Source: Candidatus Woesearchaeota archaeon (GTDB lineage: Archaea; Nanobdellota; Nanobdellia; Woesearchaeales; ARS49). Taken from it: a DNA stretch of 64,000 nt. Positions within the stretch are counted from its first letter, which is position 1; every line of letters starts with the position of its first letter. The notes under the pieces are model-generated. The model was not told the DNA's origin. It saw only the letters and a list, made by a program, of their open reading frames with translations, and did no database searches. Shown piece by piece: positions 35,201-43,870 of this stretch. Made by a program: the position numbers and the translations under genes. The stretch spans positions 24,726-88,725 of the forward strand of contig JAWCRZ010000002.1 in the NCBI GenBank assembly GCA_038868995.1, given 5' to 3'.

Positions 35201-35628
35201 CCTGAGAATATGGTTCCTGTTGCCATGCCTTGCCTCACGCTGAGCTTTATTTCTTTCTTGTTGGCTGTTTCTTCCGGCAGGGCGAGTATTTCGCGCGCTA
35301 TTTCAGCCGCTCCATAGACCGCATTTGTGGGGTTTTTGAATACCGCCACTCCCGCGTCACCCTCGTAATACTTTATTGTACCTTCATATTGGTTTTCGAG
35401 CAGGTCGAAGATTGTGTATATCTCTCCTATTCTGTTTGTCCATGCGTCTGTCGCCATTTTTCCTTCCTGTAGTTTTCTTTGAGTTATTTCTGTGAATCCT
35501 TTGAGGTCGCTTTTCCAGACGGTTCTTTTGTTTACTCTTGCAGGTTCGTCTATGTCTTTTGGAAGGAAGCTTTCAAGGTAGCGTGCATTCCGAAGTAGTT
35601 TTTCATATTTTTGTTGGATGTCTTCCAT
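32251..35628 (-). CDS. multidomain signalling protein: tandem class-III nucleotidyl (adenylate/guanylate) cyclase homology domains, STAND/AAA+ P-loop NTPase and TPR repeats (1125 aa)
   Basis: Cyclase domain 1: DLKGFTEIT...YEGDAGVAVF...VRQGMATGTIFSGVV...INVVGGPALEHAYKLEEESKPGKIWIDETT. Cyclase domain 2: PRIGVAHGEVYVGPLGTRQRRTFTMLGNHVNLAARLMKKA...VLMTIPE. Walker A IIADAGYGKTELTKK. C-terminal TPR-like helices (LAYNNLADALIKKGEILQAKQAAEKAI...). Confidence 0.75.
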   Translation of the reverse strand: MEDIQQKYEKLLRNARYLESFLPKDIDEPARVNKRTVWKSDLKGFTEITQRKLQEGKMATDAWTNRIGEIYTIFDLLENQYEGTIKYYEGDAGVAVFKNPTNAVYGAAEIAREILALPEETANKKEIKLSVRQGMATGTIFSGVVEDGQRRINVVGGPALEHAYKLEEESKPGKIWIDETTRQIIEDPSLQFRRVAEHTYELSQEAPVCVTTKQPQPLQHPENKKWYEEQIPKLEARIKHLLGFFPPLTREIIFTQTTGGMEHATLMFGYLPTLRSLARHHEEDPQKLTEAYQTHFETLRELEKQFNGEIDKLYRTVFIARFRSRVDYAGEKHEHYEAARETAVQLDKWLRQNEHLKELLEEAELEYKSPRIGVAHGEVYVGPLGTRQRRTFTMLGNHVNLAARLMKKAIDDDEQVLMTIPEGAEYIGKMPFKGIEEPVAVYRPIKPAKGLTKRATKKTLVGRDNEIKKLTEIINQESKIAHIIADAGYGKTELTKKTEEIYIQNINKNVYRASAAQQAKDTPEYLLQDLVRNALGITTADPETRKKLEKITDEENRRIAHHWLGLSYEKPVQTGKQLEEARRKLLLELIGQEKSLLIFNDIHWADEKSLQTIQWLHEQLPQARILTNYRPREKTKDKEFREIAEQILTGEKIELGELSEQGTTQLTEHLINAVPDEKLARFVLQQSKGIPLYIEEVVNYLLNNQFIQNGTLIKTAEITIPDSIEKLVLERYRQIKEPEQQEVLQYAACMFGETFPKRLLEEALGKAQGEIDHAIHALEKADFLRTHNGTIEFKHNLVKNAIYETAIRPIPRARAHTKIGDSRKKLYGDGEDQLTALAWDYEHGDDDDKATEYLWKAQKWFTDNQQNKTGLTYGEKLEQRINKITTPTTQHKYIYGLAQNAKGLAYQRLRKNQKALQAFEAGFQISNELPESLKDELQLKLHVNSFLLYLNDLEKSKPHYEAGVVLAKKTGNKYLESLIKVNAGMEFKGEEKIKTIQEAIALSEPLGDSYILGLAYNNLADALIKKGEILQAKQAAEKAIKIADRLRHTELRGTARFGLGRTYVHTKDYQKAMELYQEAENLLKQIDEPLIHALYEDWIELCDKIKNEELKKELEKRKSALSQNE

Positions 35629-35846
35629 ATAATTGTTGTACGGTGATTTTCATTTATTAAACTTTCTTAATTTATCCCTGTAAAGTGGTTAAAATTCTCA
35701 GTGTATTTTGCGCGCTATTCAGGTTATACTGACTGTGTTTTGTCGTTGTTGCTGGTTCAATTATGAGGCAGTCGATATGCCGTTAACCGGTGATGGCGCA
35801 ACCACAAATTTAGCAGGCGGTAAGTATTTTTTTTAATTGAATAATC

Positions 35847-36209
35847 CTATTCGTCAGGCACGCACATATCTGTCTCTGGATTAAAAACTCCGCAGACCTT
35901 GTCAAGTTGTCCTCTTCGCGTGCAGAGCGGGGTTTTGACTGCTGTTTCCTCATCTCCCTTGATGCCGCACAGGAATTTGCCCATTACTGTCACGCAAACG
36001 CAGTCCTGCGGCTTGAGCACGTTGTTTTCCAGTATGCACCTTACCTGTCCGGTTGTGCAGGCGGGGTCAATGCAGTAGCCCTGTTTGTAGACAAATCCTT
36101 CAGGGCAGCCGTTGATGATTTGCGCTCCTGTCATCTGCCGGATGGTGATTATTGCAAGAATGCCCACAAGTATGACTGCTGCCAGTATCACCCCTTTTTC
36201 AATGTTCAT
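35847..36209 (-). CDS. small secreted cysteine-rich protein (120 aa, 12 Cys)
   Basis: N-terminal TM/signal ILAAVILVGILAIITI. Cys spacing NGCPEGF..YCIDPAC..RCIL...DCVC...LCG...LCT...VCG...MCVPDE. Confidence 0.5.
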   Translation of the reverse strand: MNIEKGVILAAVILVGILAIITIRQMTGAQIINGCPEGFVYKQGYCIDPACTTGQVRCILENNVLKPQDCVCVTVMGKFLCGIKGDEETAVKTPLCTRRGQLDKVCGVFNPETDMCVPDE

Positions 36210-36296
36210 GCGTGTTTCAAATAGTGCGTGCTTGATAAAGCTTGCTGTCGAAAACTATTTAAAAGAAGTTGTATTAAGCTGGCTTAAAGAGGAGAT

Positions 36297-36521
36297 ATGC
36301 ACCCGCAAACTGCCAACCATCATACCAATTTGTTGTGGTTATTTTTTGGGCTTATCTTCTGCGCGTTGTTTTTGGTGTTTTCCTTGCCTAAGGGAATTCA
36401 GGTTGCCCCTACCGGGGCAGTTGTTTCTATGCCTGCCGCATCACAGTTTTCTTCCTTGTTCGGTGGGTTTGGCATTGCCTTGATACTGATTGCTTTTGCC
36501 GTCCTGTGCAGGAAACGTTGA
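36297..36521 (+). CDS. small membrane protein (74 aa; 2 TM) ending in ...AFAVLCRKR
   Basis: ORF upstream of proS. Its C-terminal TM plus basic tail resembles the anchors of the large secreted proteins. Confidence 0.4.
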   Translation: MHPQTANHHTNLLWLFFGLIFCALFLVFSLPKGIQVAPTGAVVSMPAASQFSSLFGGFGIALILIAFAVLCRKR

Positions 36522-36557
36522 GCAATCTTTATAAACTGCCTCTCGTCATTTTCTTCT

Positions 36558-38006
36558 ATGAAAAAGGATGAGACTCATGGAATTACCGTGAAAAAGTCGG
36601 AAGACATTTCTGAATGGTATACTCAAGTAATTCAAAAAGCAGAGCTTGCCGAATACACTGGCGTCTCCGGCTGTATGATTTACCGGCCGAGGGTTTATGC
36701 TGTTTGGGAGAAGCTTCAATCATTTTTTGATGCTGAGATTAAGAAACTGGGCGTGAAAAACTCTTACTTCCCTCTTTTAATTCCTGAGTCATTGCTCAAC
36801 CGTGAGGCAGAACATGTTGAGGGCTTTGCTCCTGAAGTGGCTTGGGTGACGCATGGAGGGCATACAAAGCTGGCAGAGCGTCTTGCAATCCGTCCCACAT
36901 CAGAAACAATCATGTATGAAGCTTATGCAAAGTGGGTGAGGAGTTATCGCGACCTGCCGATGAAGCTCAACCAGTGGAACAATGTTGTTCGCTGGGAGTT
37001 TAAGCATCCTATACCTTTCCTGAGAGGCAGGGAATTTCTTTGGCAGGAGGGCCATACCATTTTTGCCGATAAGGCGTCTGCAGAGAAGGAAGTTCTTGAT
37101 ATTCTTGAGCTTTACCGTCGTGTTTTTGAGGAAATGCTCGCAGTGCCTGTAATAAAGGGCATCAAGAGTGATAATGAGAAGTTTGCCGGTGCTGATTACA
37201 CGACATCTGTTGAAACAATGGCGCCGAGCGGCAAGGCAGTGCAGGCAGCTACCAGTCATCATCTGGGCCAGCGTTTTGCCAATAGTTTCGGCATTTCATT
37301 TCTTGATGAGAAGGGTGAGAAGGCATTGCCTTATCAGAACAGCTGGGGCTTTTCGACAAGAAGCATTGGCGCGATGATTTTGTTCCATGGAGACGACAGG
37401 GGCTTGGTGATTCCTCCAAGAGTTGCTCCTGTGCACGTGGTTATTGTTCCAATTATGTTTGATGACAGCAAGGAAAAAGTTATCGCAAAATGCCACGAGG
37501 TTGCGAAACATTTGAGAAATGCTGGAATAATTGTCGAAGTTGATGACCGTGACAATTATACTCCCGGCTGGAAGTTCAATGAGCACGAGTTGAAAGGCGT
37601 CTGCATCCGTATAGAGATTGGCCCCAAAGACCTTGAAAGGAATCAGGTGGTCATGGTTAGAAGGGACACCGGCAGGAAGGATTTTATCAAGATTGCCGAC
37701 CTTGCTTTTGTTGTTCCAAAAGAGCTTGAAAGAATGCAGCAGGACTTGTTTGACAAGGCAAAAAAGTTTCTTGATGATAACACCGTTCACGCCAAAACGT
37801 GGAAGGACTTTGAGAAAGGCGTTGCTGAAAGAAAGCTTATTTACGCTCCTTGGTGCTGTACTGCAGAGTGCGCCGAGAAAATCAAGGCAGAGACGGAGGG
37901 CGTTAAGTGCCTTAATCTTCCATTCAGCGAGAAAAAGCCGTTTGCGAAGTGCATCAAATGCGAAAAGCCGGCCAAGAATGTAGCCATCTTTGCTAAATCT
38001 TACTGA
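36558..38006 (+). CDS. proS: prolyl-tRNA synthetase, archaeal/eukaryotic type
   Basis: Class II motifs (FRxE-like REFLWQEGHT, GRF/ RDTGR regions). Archaeal-type C-terminal zinc-binding domain (CCTAEC...CIKCEK). About 480 aa. Confidence 0.92.
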   Translation: MKKDETHGITVKKSEDISEWYTQVIQKAELAEYTGVSGCMIYRPRVYAVWEKLQSFFDAEIKKLGVKNSYFPLLIPESLLNREAEHVEGFAPEVAWVTHGGHTKLAERLAIRPTSETIMYEAYAKWVRSYRDLPMKLNQWNNVVRWEFKHPIPFLRGREFLWQEGHTIFADKASAEKEVLDILELYRRVFEEMLAVPVIKGIKSDNEKFAGADYTTSVETMAPSGKAVQAATSHHLGQRFANSFGISFLDEKGEKALPYQNSWGFSTRSIGAMILFHGDDRGLVIPPRVAPVHVVIVPIMFDDSKEKVIAKCHEVAKHLRNAGIIVEVDDRDNYTPGWKFNEHELKGVCIRIEIGPKDLERNQVVMVRRDTGRKDFIKIADLAFVVPKELERMQQDLFDKAKKFLDDNTVHAKTWKDFEKGVAERKLIYAPWCCTAECAEKIKAETEGVKCLNLPFSEKKPFAKCIKCEKPAKNVAIFAKSY

Positions 38007-38007
38007 T

Positions 38008-38703
38008 ATGTTGAAAGCAGATATGCATATGCACGCCATTGGCGATCCTGAAGATACTTTTATAACTCACAGTCCTGAGCAGCTTATTGATTACGCTGCC
38101 AGTCATTCTTTTGATGTTCTTTCCATTTCATGCCACGGTAAAGTTTTGTATGATGAAAAGCTTGCCGGTTATGCCTTAAAGAAGGGAATCCTGCTTATTC
38201 CAGGAGCGGAGGCATTTATTGATGGTAAGCACGTTTTAATCTACAACATTTCTCAGCGTGAACTTGATTCTCTCAAAACATTTGGTGATTTGCGCGCTTT
38301 GAGGAAAAAGAGAAAAGACGTACTTGTTATTGCTCCTCATCCTTATTATCCTATGGCAAGTTGTCTGCACGACAAGCTTGTTGAAAACATTGACTTGTTC
38401 GACGCCATAGAAATCTCTCATATGTATTTTTGGTTTTTTGACTTTAACAGGAAAGCGGTAAAAATCGCAAAAAAGTACGGCAGGCCGTTGGTTGCTTTGT
38501 CGGATACGCATTACTTGTGGATGTTTGGCAGAAACTATACTTTGGTTGATTCAAAGAAGGATGTTAAAAGCTATATTTCTGCCATTAGGCAGGGCAAGGT
38601 TTTGCCTGTTCACAAGCCATTGTCTTTTGTTATGTTTGTAAGGGAGCTTCTCTGGATTGCTCATAGCGTGCTTTGCAATTTATTTCACACCACTTCGAAG
38701 TAA
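38008..38703 (+). CDS. PHP-domain metal-dependent phosphoesterase
   Basis: N-terminal ADMHMHAIGD (the HxH of the PHP fold), a further His/Asp-rich segment (SDTHY). Start set at the ATG 1 nt after the proS stop. Confidence 0.65.
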   Translation: MLKADMHMHAIGDPEDTFITHSPEQLIDYAASHSFDVLSISCHGKVLYDEKLAGYALKKGILLIPGAEAFIDGKHVLIYNISQRELDSLKTFGDLRALRKKRKDVLVIAPHPYYPMASCLHDKLVENIDLFDAIEISHMYFWFFDFNRKAVKIAKKYGRPLVALSDTHYLWMFGRNYTLVDSKKDVKSYISAIRQGKVLPVHKPLSFVMFVRELLWIAHSVLCNLFHTTSK

Positions 38704-38717
38704 TCGCATAGTTTTTC

Positions 38718-39230
38718 ATGCAAAAGGGATATTTCAATGTTATGCGCTTGGTATTTTTGCAAATATGCTTGTTGCTGCTCGTGGCTTGCAGCACGACTTC
38801 CAGTCGTCCAATCATTGCGGACATCATTAATGTTGAAGGAATGCCTGTTGGTGTCGCTTCTTTATATGAGGAGCGTGGAGGGTTGGCATTATATATGTCA
38901 GTTCAAACTCTATCTCCTGGTGTTCACGCTTTGCACATCCACGATTCTGGCGTTTGTGAGCCGCCTGATTTCATAACTGCCGGCGCGCATTACAATCCTT
39001 TCAACAAAGAGCACGGTTTTGATAATCCAAAGGGCGCTCATGCCGGCGACCTTCCGAATTTTGAGGTCGGCTCTTCAGGAGGCGCGCACGTTGAGCTTTT
39101 TGTTCAGAATTTGTACCTTTCGCAAGTTATCGGACGTTCGTTAATAATTCACGCAGACCCTGATGATTACGTCACAGACCCTTCAGGCAACAGCGGTGCG
39201 AGGATTGCGTGTGCTGTGTTGAAGCGATAA
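38718..39230 (+). CDS. sodC: Cu/Zn superoxide dismutase, lipoprotein-type signal
   Basis: HALHIHDSGVCEPPDF.AG.HYNP (Cu-binding His cluster), GAHAGDLPN, IIHADPDDYVTDPSGNSGARIACAVL (conserved C-terminus with disulfide Cys). Lipobox LLLVACS. Confidence 0.85.
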   Translation: MQKGYFNVMRLVFLQICLLLLVACSTTSSRPIIADIINVEGMPVGVASLYEERGGLALYMSVQTLSPGVHALHIHDSGVCEPPDFITAGAHYNPFNKEHGFDNPKGAHAGDLPNFEVGSSGGAHVELFVQNLYLSQVIGRSLIIHADPDDYVTDPSGNSGARIACAVLKR

Positions 39231-39292
39231 ATTTATATACTCCCCATATAGAATGAGCGTCAAGAGGTCAGAGATTCTCGAGGGGTTTATTC

Positions 39293-39931
39293 ATGGAAAA
39301 TGATATGAAAGTGCAGAAAGGAACAACTACAGTCGGCATTATGTGCCGTGATGGGGTTGTTCTGGCAGCAGACAAAAGGGCAACAGCCGGCTTTGTTGTA
39401 AACAAGCGTACGCAGAAGATTCACAAGATTACTGACAATATGGCTGTTACGATGGCTGGTTTGGTATCGGATGCTCAATTATTGGTCAAGCTTATCCGTG
39501 CCGAGGTTAAGTTGAAGGACTTGTCTACATTAAGAACAAGCACGGTTAAGGAAACGGCAAACCTGCTCGCTGGAATGCTCTATATGAATTTGAGAAAAAT
39601 GTCAATGGTGCCTGGCATTGTGAGTTTCCTGCTTGGCGGTTATGACCACGAGGGCCACCATTTGTGGGATTTGGGCATTGATGGCAGCACGACTGAGGTT
39701 GAGGATTATGTTTCTGATGGTTCTGGAAGCATTTTTGCGTTGGGCGTTTTGGAAGCCCTGTACAAGAAGGGAATGTCTGTTGAGGAAGGCGTCAAGCTGG
39801 CAGTGAAGGCGATTGGCGCGGCATTGCAGCGTGACGTGAACACCGGCAACGGTATTGACGTTGTTGTGATTGACAGCAAGGGCGTCAGGACTGTTCTGGA
39901 GAAGGATTTGAACATCAAGATTGAAGTGTAA
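39293..39931 (+). CDS. psmB: proteasome subunit beta
   Basis: Propeptide followed by TTTVGIMCRDGVVLAADKRATAG (active-site Thr1 motif), ~210 aa. Confidence 0.9.
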   Translation: MENDMKVQKGTTTVGIMCRDGVVLAADKRATAGFVVNKRTQKIHKITDNMAVTMAGLVSDAQLLVKLIRAEVKLKDLSTLRTSTVKETANLLAGMLYMNLRKMSMVPGIVSFLLGGYDHEGHHLWDLGIDGSTTEVEDYVSDGSGSIFALGVLEALYKKGMSVEEGVKLAVKAIGAALQRDVNTGNGIDVVVIDSKGVRTVLEKDLNIKIEV

Positions 39932-40033
39932 GCCCGTAGGGCGTTCTCGTATGAAGGAGGAAATAAGGTATAACTGCTTTGATGCCGCAGGCAAAGGCGT
40001 GCGTGCAAAGTTTGGGTTGATTTCCTTGCATTT

Positions 40034-41971
40034 GTGAGGGAACCCAATTCGGCATTGGACAGAATACCAAAATCAACTATGGCAGAGATTGTAAAAGAAA
40101 TAATGAAGTTTTTGCCTGCTGACAAGGTCAGCGACGTGGCATTTGAAGGTGCCAACATTGTCCTTTACACAAAGAATAAGGATTTCTTTTTGGATAATGA
40201 GGGTCTTATCAAGCAGGTTGTTAATGAATTCAAGAAAAGAGTAGAGTTAAGGCCTGACCCGTCTATCACAATGTCGCAGGAAAAGGCTGAGAAGGAAATC
40301 AAGAAATTGATGCCTGAGGATGCTGGAATTTCCCAGATTCTTTTTGACCCTGACCGTTCGATTGTGATTATTGAAGCTGAAAAGCCCGGGCTTGCCATTG
40401 GCAAGCAGGGTTCTTTGCTGAAGGAAATTCGTGAAAAGATTTTTTGGATTCCAATTATCAGGAGAACTCCTGCACTGCGTTCTCAATTAATTGAAAACAT
40501 CCGTGCAGTTCTTTTTGAGCATTCTGATTATCGCAGGAAGTTCCTTGACAAGGTGGGCCATCGTGTTTATGACGGCTGGATGCGTGAGAAGAAGAATGAG
40601 TGGATTAGGGTTACTCATCTTGGCGCTGCAAGGCAGGTTGGCAGGAGCTGTATTTTTCTGCAGACGCCCGAGTCAAGAATCCTGCTGGATTGTGGAATAA
40701 ACGTTGCTGCAGAGGGTCCTGAGGAATATCCTTTGCTTGACGCTCCTGAGTTTAACATCCAGCAGTTGGACGCTATTGTTCTTTCCCACGCCCATGTCGA
40801 CCATTCCGGCTTTATTCCTTATCTTTACAAGATGGGCTTCAGGGGCCCTGTTTACTGCACTGAGCCGACAAGGGACGAGGCCGCTTTGTTGATGCTTGAT
40901 ATGGTCAAGATTATGAAGTCGGAGAACAAGGAGCCGATTTATGATGCTGAGGATGTCAAGCAGTTTGTTTTGCACTGCATTACTTTGAACTGGGAGGAGG
41001 TTTCTGACATTACTCCTGATGTCCGCCTAACGTTGTACCCTGCTGGGCATATTTTGGGCAGTTCAATGGCACACTTGCATATTGGCAACGGTTTGCACAA
41101 TCTTCTTTACACGGGTGATTTGAAGTATGGCAAGACGCCTTTGCTTGACCCTGCAGCAACTATTTTCCCACGTCTTGAAACGGTTATTATGGAAGGGACG
41201 TATGGAGGCAAGACGGATATCGGCATTCCTTCGCACGAGGCAGACGCCTTGTTGTGCAATTACATCAAGGAAACCTTGAAACGTGGCGGTAAAGTACTTA
41301 TGCCTGTGCTTGGTACTGGAAAGGCGCAGGACCTGATGGTCATGATTGAGGGGATGGTGCGTAGGGGCGAGCTTGACCCAATTCCTGTTTATATTGATGG
41401 TATGGTTTGGGACATTACTTGCATTCACACTGCCTATCCAGAGTACTTGAACGCAAATCTGAGAAAGCTTATCTTTCATAAGGACCAAAACCCGTTTCTG
41501 AATCCGATTTTCAAGCGCGTTGGAAGCGCCAAGGAGAGGATGCAGGTGATAGAGGAGACTGGTCCTGCCGTTATTATGGCTACTTCCGGCATGATGGTTG
41601 GCGGTCCTTCTGTTGAATATTTGAAACATCTTGCTGATAATCCGAAGAACAGCTTGATTTTTTCTTGTTATCTTGGTGAAGGCACGCTTGGCCGCAGAAT
41701 CTTTGGCGGCGAGAGGGAGCTTATTTTCAAAAAGGGTGTCGGCCAGGAGGTTGTTACTATTAAGATGGAAGTGGTTAAGGTTGCCGTGTCAGACCATTCT
41801 GACAGGAAGCAGTTGATGAATTTTGTCTTCAAGTGCCAGCCGCGTCCGAAGAAAGTGATTGTGCAACACGGTGAAAGCACAAAAGTGCTTGACCTTGCCT
41901 CCGCCATCCACAAGCTGGGAAGAATTGAAACAGCAGCGCCCAAGAACCTGGAAACAGTGCGCATCAAGTAA
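40034..41971 (+). CDS. aCPSF1/FttA: KH-domain beta-CASP metallo-beta-lactamase ribonuclease
   Basis: Two N-terminal KH-like segments (IGKQGSLLKEIREKI), MBL motif HAHVDHSG, beta-CASP motifs, C-terminal HGE. The real ATG is probably MAEIVKE at ~40079; the six-frame ORF starts at a GTG. Confidence 0.9.
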   Translation: MREPNSALDRIPKSTMAEIVKEIMKFLPADKVSDVAFEGANIVLYTKNKDFFLDNEGLIKQVVNEFKKRVELRPDPSITMSQEKAEKEIKKLMPEDAGISQILFDPDRSIVIIEAEKPGLAIGKQGSLLKEIREKIFWIPIIRRTPALRSQLIENIRAVLFEHSDYRRKFLDKVGHRVYDGWMREKKNEWIRVTHLGAARQVGRSCIFLQTPESRILLDCGINVAAEGPEEYPLLDAPEFNIQQLDAIVLSHAHVDHSGFIPYLYKMGFRGPVYCTEPTRDEAALLMLDMVKIMKSENKEPIYDAEDVKQFVLHCITLNWEEVSDITPDVRLTLYPAGHILGSSMAHLHIGNGLHNLLYTGDLKYGKTPLLDPAATIFPRLETVIMEGTYGGKTDIGIPSHEADALLCNYIKETLKRGGKVLMPVLGTGKAQDLMVMIEGMVRRGELDPIPVYIDGMVWDITCIHTAYPEYLNANLRKLIFHKDQNPFLNPIFKRVGSAKERMQVIEETGPAVIMATSGMMVGGPSVEYLKHLADNPKNSLIFSCYLGEGTLGRRIFGGERELIFKKGVGQEVVTIKMEVVKVAVSDHSDRKQLMNFVFKCQPRPKKVIVQHGESTKVLDLASAIHKLGRIETAAPKNLETVRIK

Positions 41972-42003
41972 TGTTTTTATATCGCCAATTTCCCGTTAAT
42001 ATC

Positions 42004-42978
42004 GTGAAAGCGCTTGTTACGGGCATTGCTGGGCAGGACGGGAGCTATCTGGCTGAATTTTTGCTGCAGAAGGGCTATCAGGTTTTTGGCTTCAAACGCC
42101 ATGAGGATAATCTTGCCAATATTGGGCATATTAAAAGGAAAATAGTGCTTATTGACGGCGACCTTGCAAATGCCAAAGATGTTTTCAAAGCTGTTGAGCA
42201 GTCCATGCCGGATGAGGTTTATAATCTTGCTGCCATTTCCCATGTTGTGAAAGCCGCTTCTGCAAAAAATCTGTATGATGTTAATGTTGGCGGCGTCAGA
42301 TACATTATTGAAGCCGTCAAAAAGTTGAAGCCTGATGCAAAACTCTTTCAGGCATCTTCTGCCAAGATGTTCGGTGGCAGCACCATTTGCCCCCAGAATG
42401 AGCAAACGCCTTTCTCACCAGTCAGCGAATATGCAAAATCAAAAGTTGAAGCGCATAAATTAATTGTGCAGGCAAGAAATGATGGTTTGTTTGCCTCATG
42501 TGGCATTCTTTATAATCATGAAAGTCCGCGCAGGACGGTTGATTTTGTGTCGAGAAAAATCTCAAGCACGGTTGCACGCATTGCAAAAGGTGAAAAACTT
42601 ATCTTGAAACTTGGAAACCTGAACGCAGTCAATGACTGGGGTTTTGCCGGCGATTACGTTAAAGCCATGCATCTTATTCTCCAGCAGGAAAAGCCTGATG
42701 ATTTTATTATAGGCACCGGCGAGAGGCATACTGTCCGTGATTTTGTCAATGAAGCATTTGCTTTTGTTGGAAAGACGATTGAATGGCGCGGCACGGGAGT
42801 TGATGAGAAGGGATATGCGGATGGAAAGCTTCTTGTGGAAGTCGACCCGCAGTTTTTGCGCCCGGCTGACACAACTCCGTCTGTTGCGGATTTCTCAAAA
42901 ATTAAAAAAGCCGGCTGGAAGCCGGAAGTTTCTTTCAGTCAGCTGGTTAAGATGATGGTTTCTGCCGATTTGAGATGA
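42004..42978 (+). CDS. gmd: GDP-mannose 4,6-dehydratase
   Basis: KALVTGIAGQDGSYLAEFLLQKGYQVFG (Rossmann GxxGxxG), YAKSK catalytic motif equivalent, about 325 aa. A GTG at ~42004 gives the canonical N-terminus. An alternative ATG at 41971 overlaps the aCPSF1 stop. Confidence 0.88.
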   Translation: MKALVTGIAGQDGSYLAEFLLQKGYQVFGFKRHEDNLANIGHIKRKIVLIDGDLANAKDVFKAVEQSMPDEVYNLAAISHVVKAASAKNLYDVNVGGVRYIIEAVKKLKPDAKLFQASSAKMFGGSTICPQNEQTPFSPVSEYAKSKVEAHKLIVQARNDGLFASCGILYNHESPRRTVDFVSRKISSTVARIAKGEKLILKLGNLNAVNDWGFAGDYVKAMHLILQQEKPDDFIIGTGERHTVRDFVNEAFAFVGKTIEWRGTGVDEKGYADGKLLVEVDPQFLRPADTTPSVADFSKIKKAGWKPEVSFSQLVKMMVSADLR

Positions 42979-43870
42979 ATTCTTTAACTCGCTGATTGAA
43001 TTCTTCCTGTGTCACGCGTGTTTTTTCCGCTCTCAGGTCTATGCTTGCCAGCAGTTTTGGAAGCGAAATCGGGTCTCGTGCAATTTGACTTAGCAGGATG
43101 TTGGCAAGTGCCAGAACAAACAAATAAAATGGATAATGCTTGTATGCAAATCTGATAAAGTTTTTGTATTCGATTATTTTTGTGCTTCGTGAGTTTTTTA
43201 ATTTGTTGATGGTGTATGAACCAATGTGCTTTATGGCGACAGCTGGGTCGTATATTACCTTATAGCCGGCTTTTTTGATGCGCACAAACAAGTCGGTGTC
43301 TTCATACCAGAATGGCGACTGTTTTTCATCATACAATCCAATCCTGTCTGCAACTGTGCGCCTTATGACTATGCAGGCGCCGCTTGTCATATCAACATAT
43401 TGTTTTTTGTTCTCGTCTTCCACGCTTTTTTTCACGCTTCCCTGCCAGCGCGGTACAAAGTATGTGCCGGTTTCTTCAATGCTTCCGTCCGGCCGGAAAC
43501 ATTTCATTCCAGCGACTGCCGCTGTTCTGTCCGCTTCCAAATCAGCTACAAGTTTGCCAAGCCATTGTTTCTGGTTTTCTGGAATGATGACGTCGTTGCT
43601 GAAATACACGATGTAGTCAGGTTTTTCCTTTATTGCGTGGAAAACTCCTGTGTTCATTCCTTTTGGAAAGCCCAGGTTTCTCTTAAGCACAATAAATGGA
43701 ACGTTGAATTTTTTTATTTTTTCAACCGAATCGTCTGTTGAGCCGTTGTCTACAACTGTCAGTTTGTAGTTCTTGTATGCGGTATTCCTTATCAGTGTGT
43801 GCAGGCAGTTTTCAATTATCTCGCCGCCGTTAAAATTTATTACCACAATGGAAACAAGCGGTTCTTTCAT
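42947..43870 (-). CDS. family 2 glycosyltransferase (GT-A fold)
   Basis: VSIVVINFNGGEII..C, DNGSTD, and a DxD-type segment. About 300 aa. Confidence 0.8.
   Translation of the reverse strand: MKEPLVSIVVINFNGGEIIENCLHTLIRNTAYKNYKLTVVDNGSTDDSVEKIKKFNVPFIVLKRNLGFPKGMNTGVFHAIKEKPDYIVYFSNDVIIPENQKQWLGKLVADLEADRTAAVAGMKCFRPDGSIEETGTYFVPRWQGSVKKSVEDENKKQYVDMTSGACIVIRRTVADRIGLYDEKQSPFWYEDTDLFVRIKKAGYKVIYDPAVAIKHIGSYTINKLKNSRSTKIIEYKNFIRFAYKHYPFYLFVLALANILLSQIARDPISLPKLLASIDLRAEKTRVTQEEFNQRVKEFISNRQKPSS

Noticed and set aside
34673-35317. Plus-strand 214-aa ORF antisense to the cyclase-STAND gene (also 33233..33532 and 32727..33047)
   Set aside because: Ser/Cys/Phe-rich shadow frames nested in a long, motif-rich minus-strand gene.
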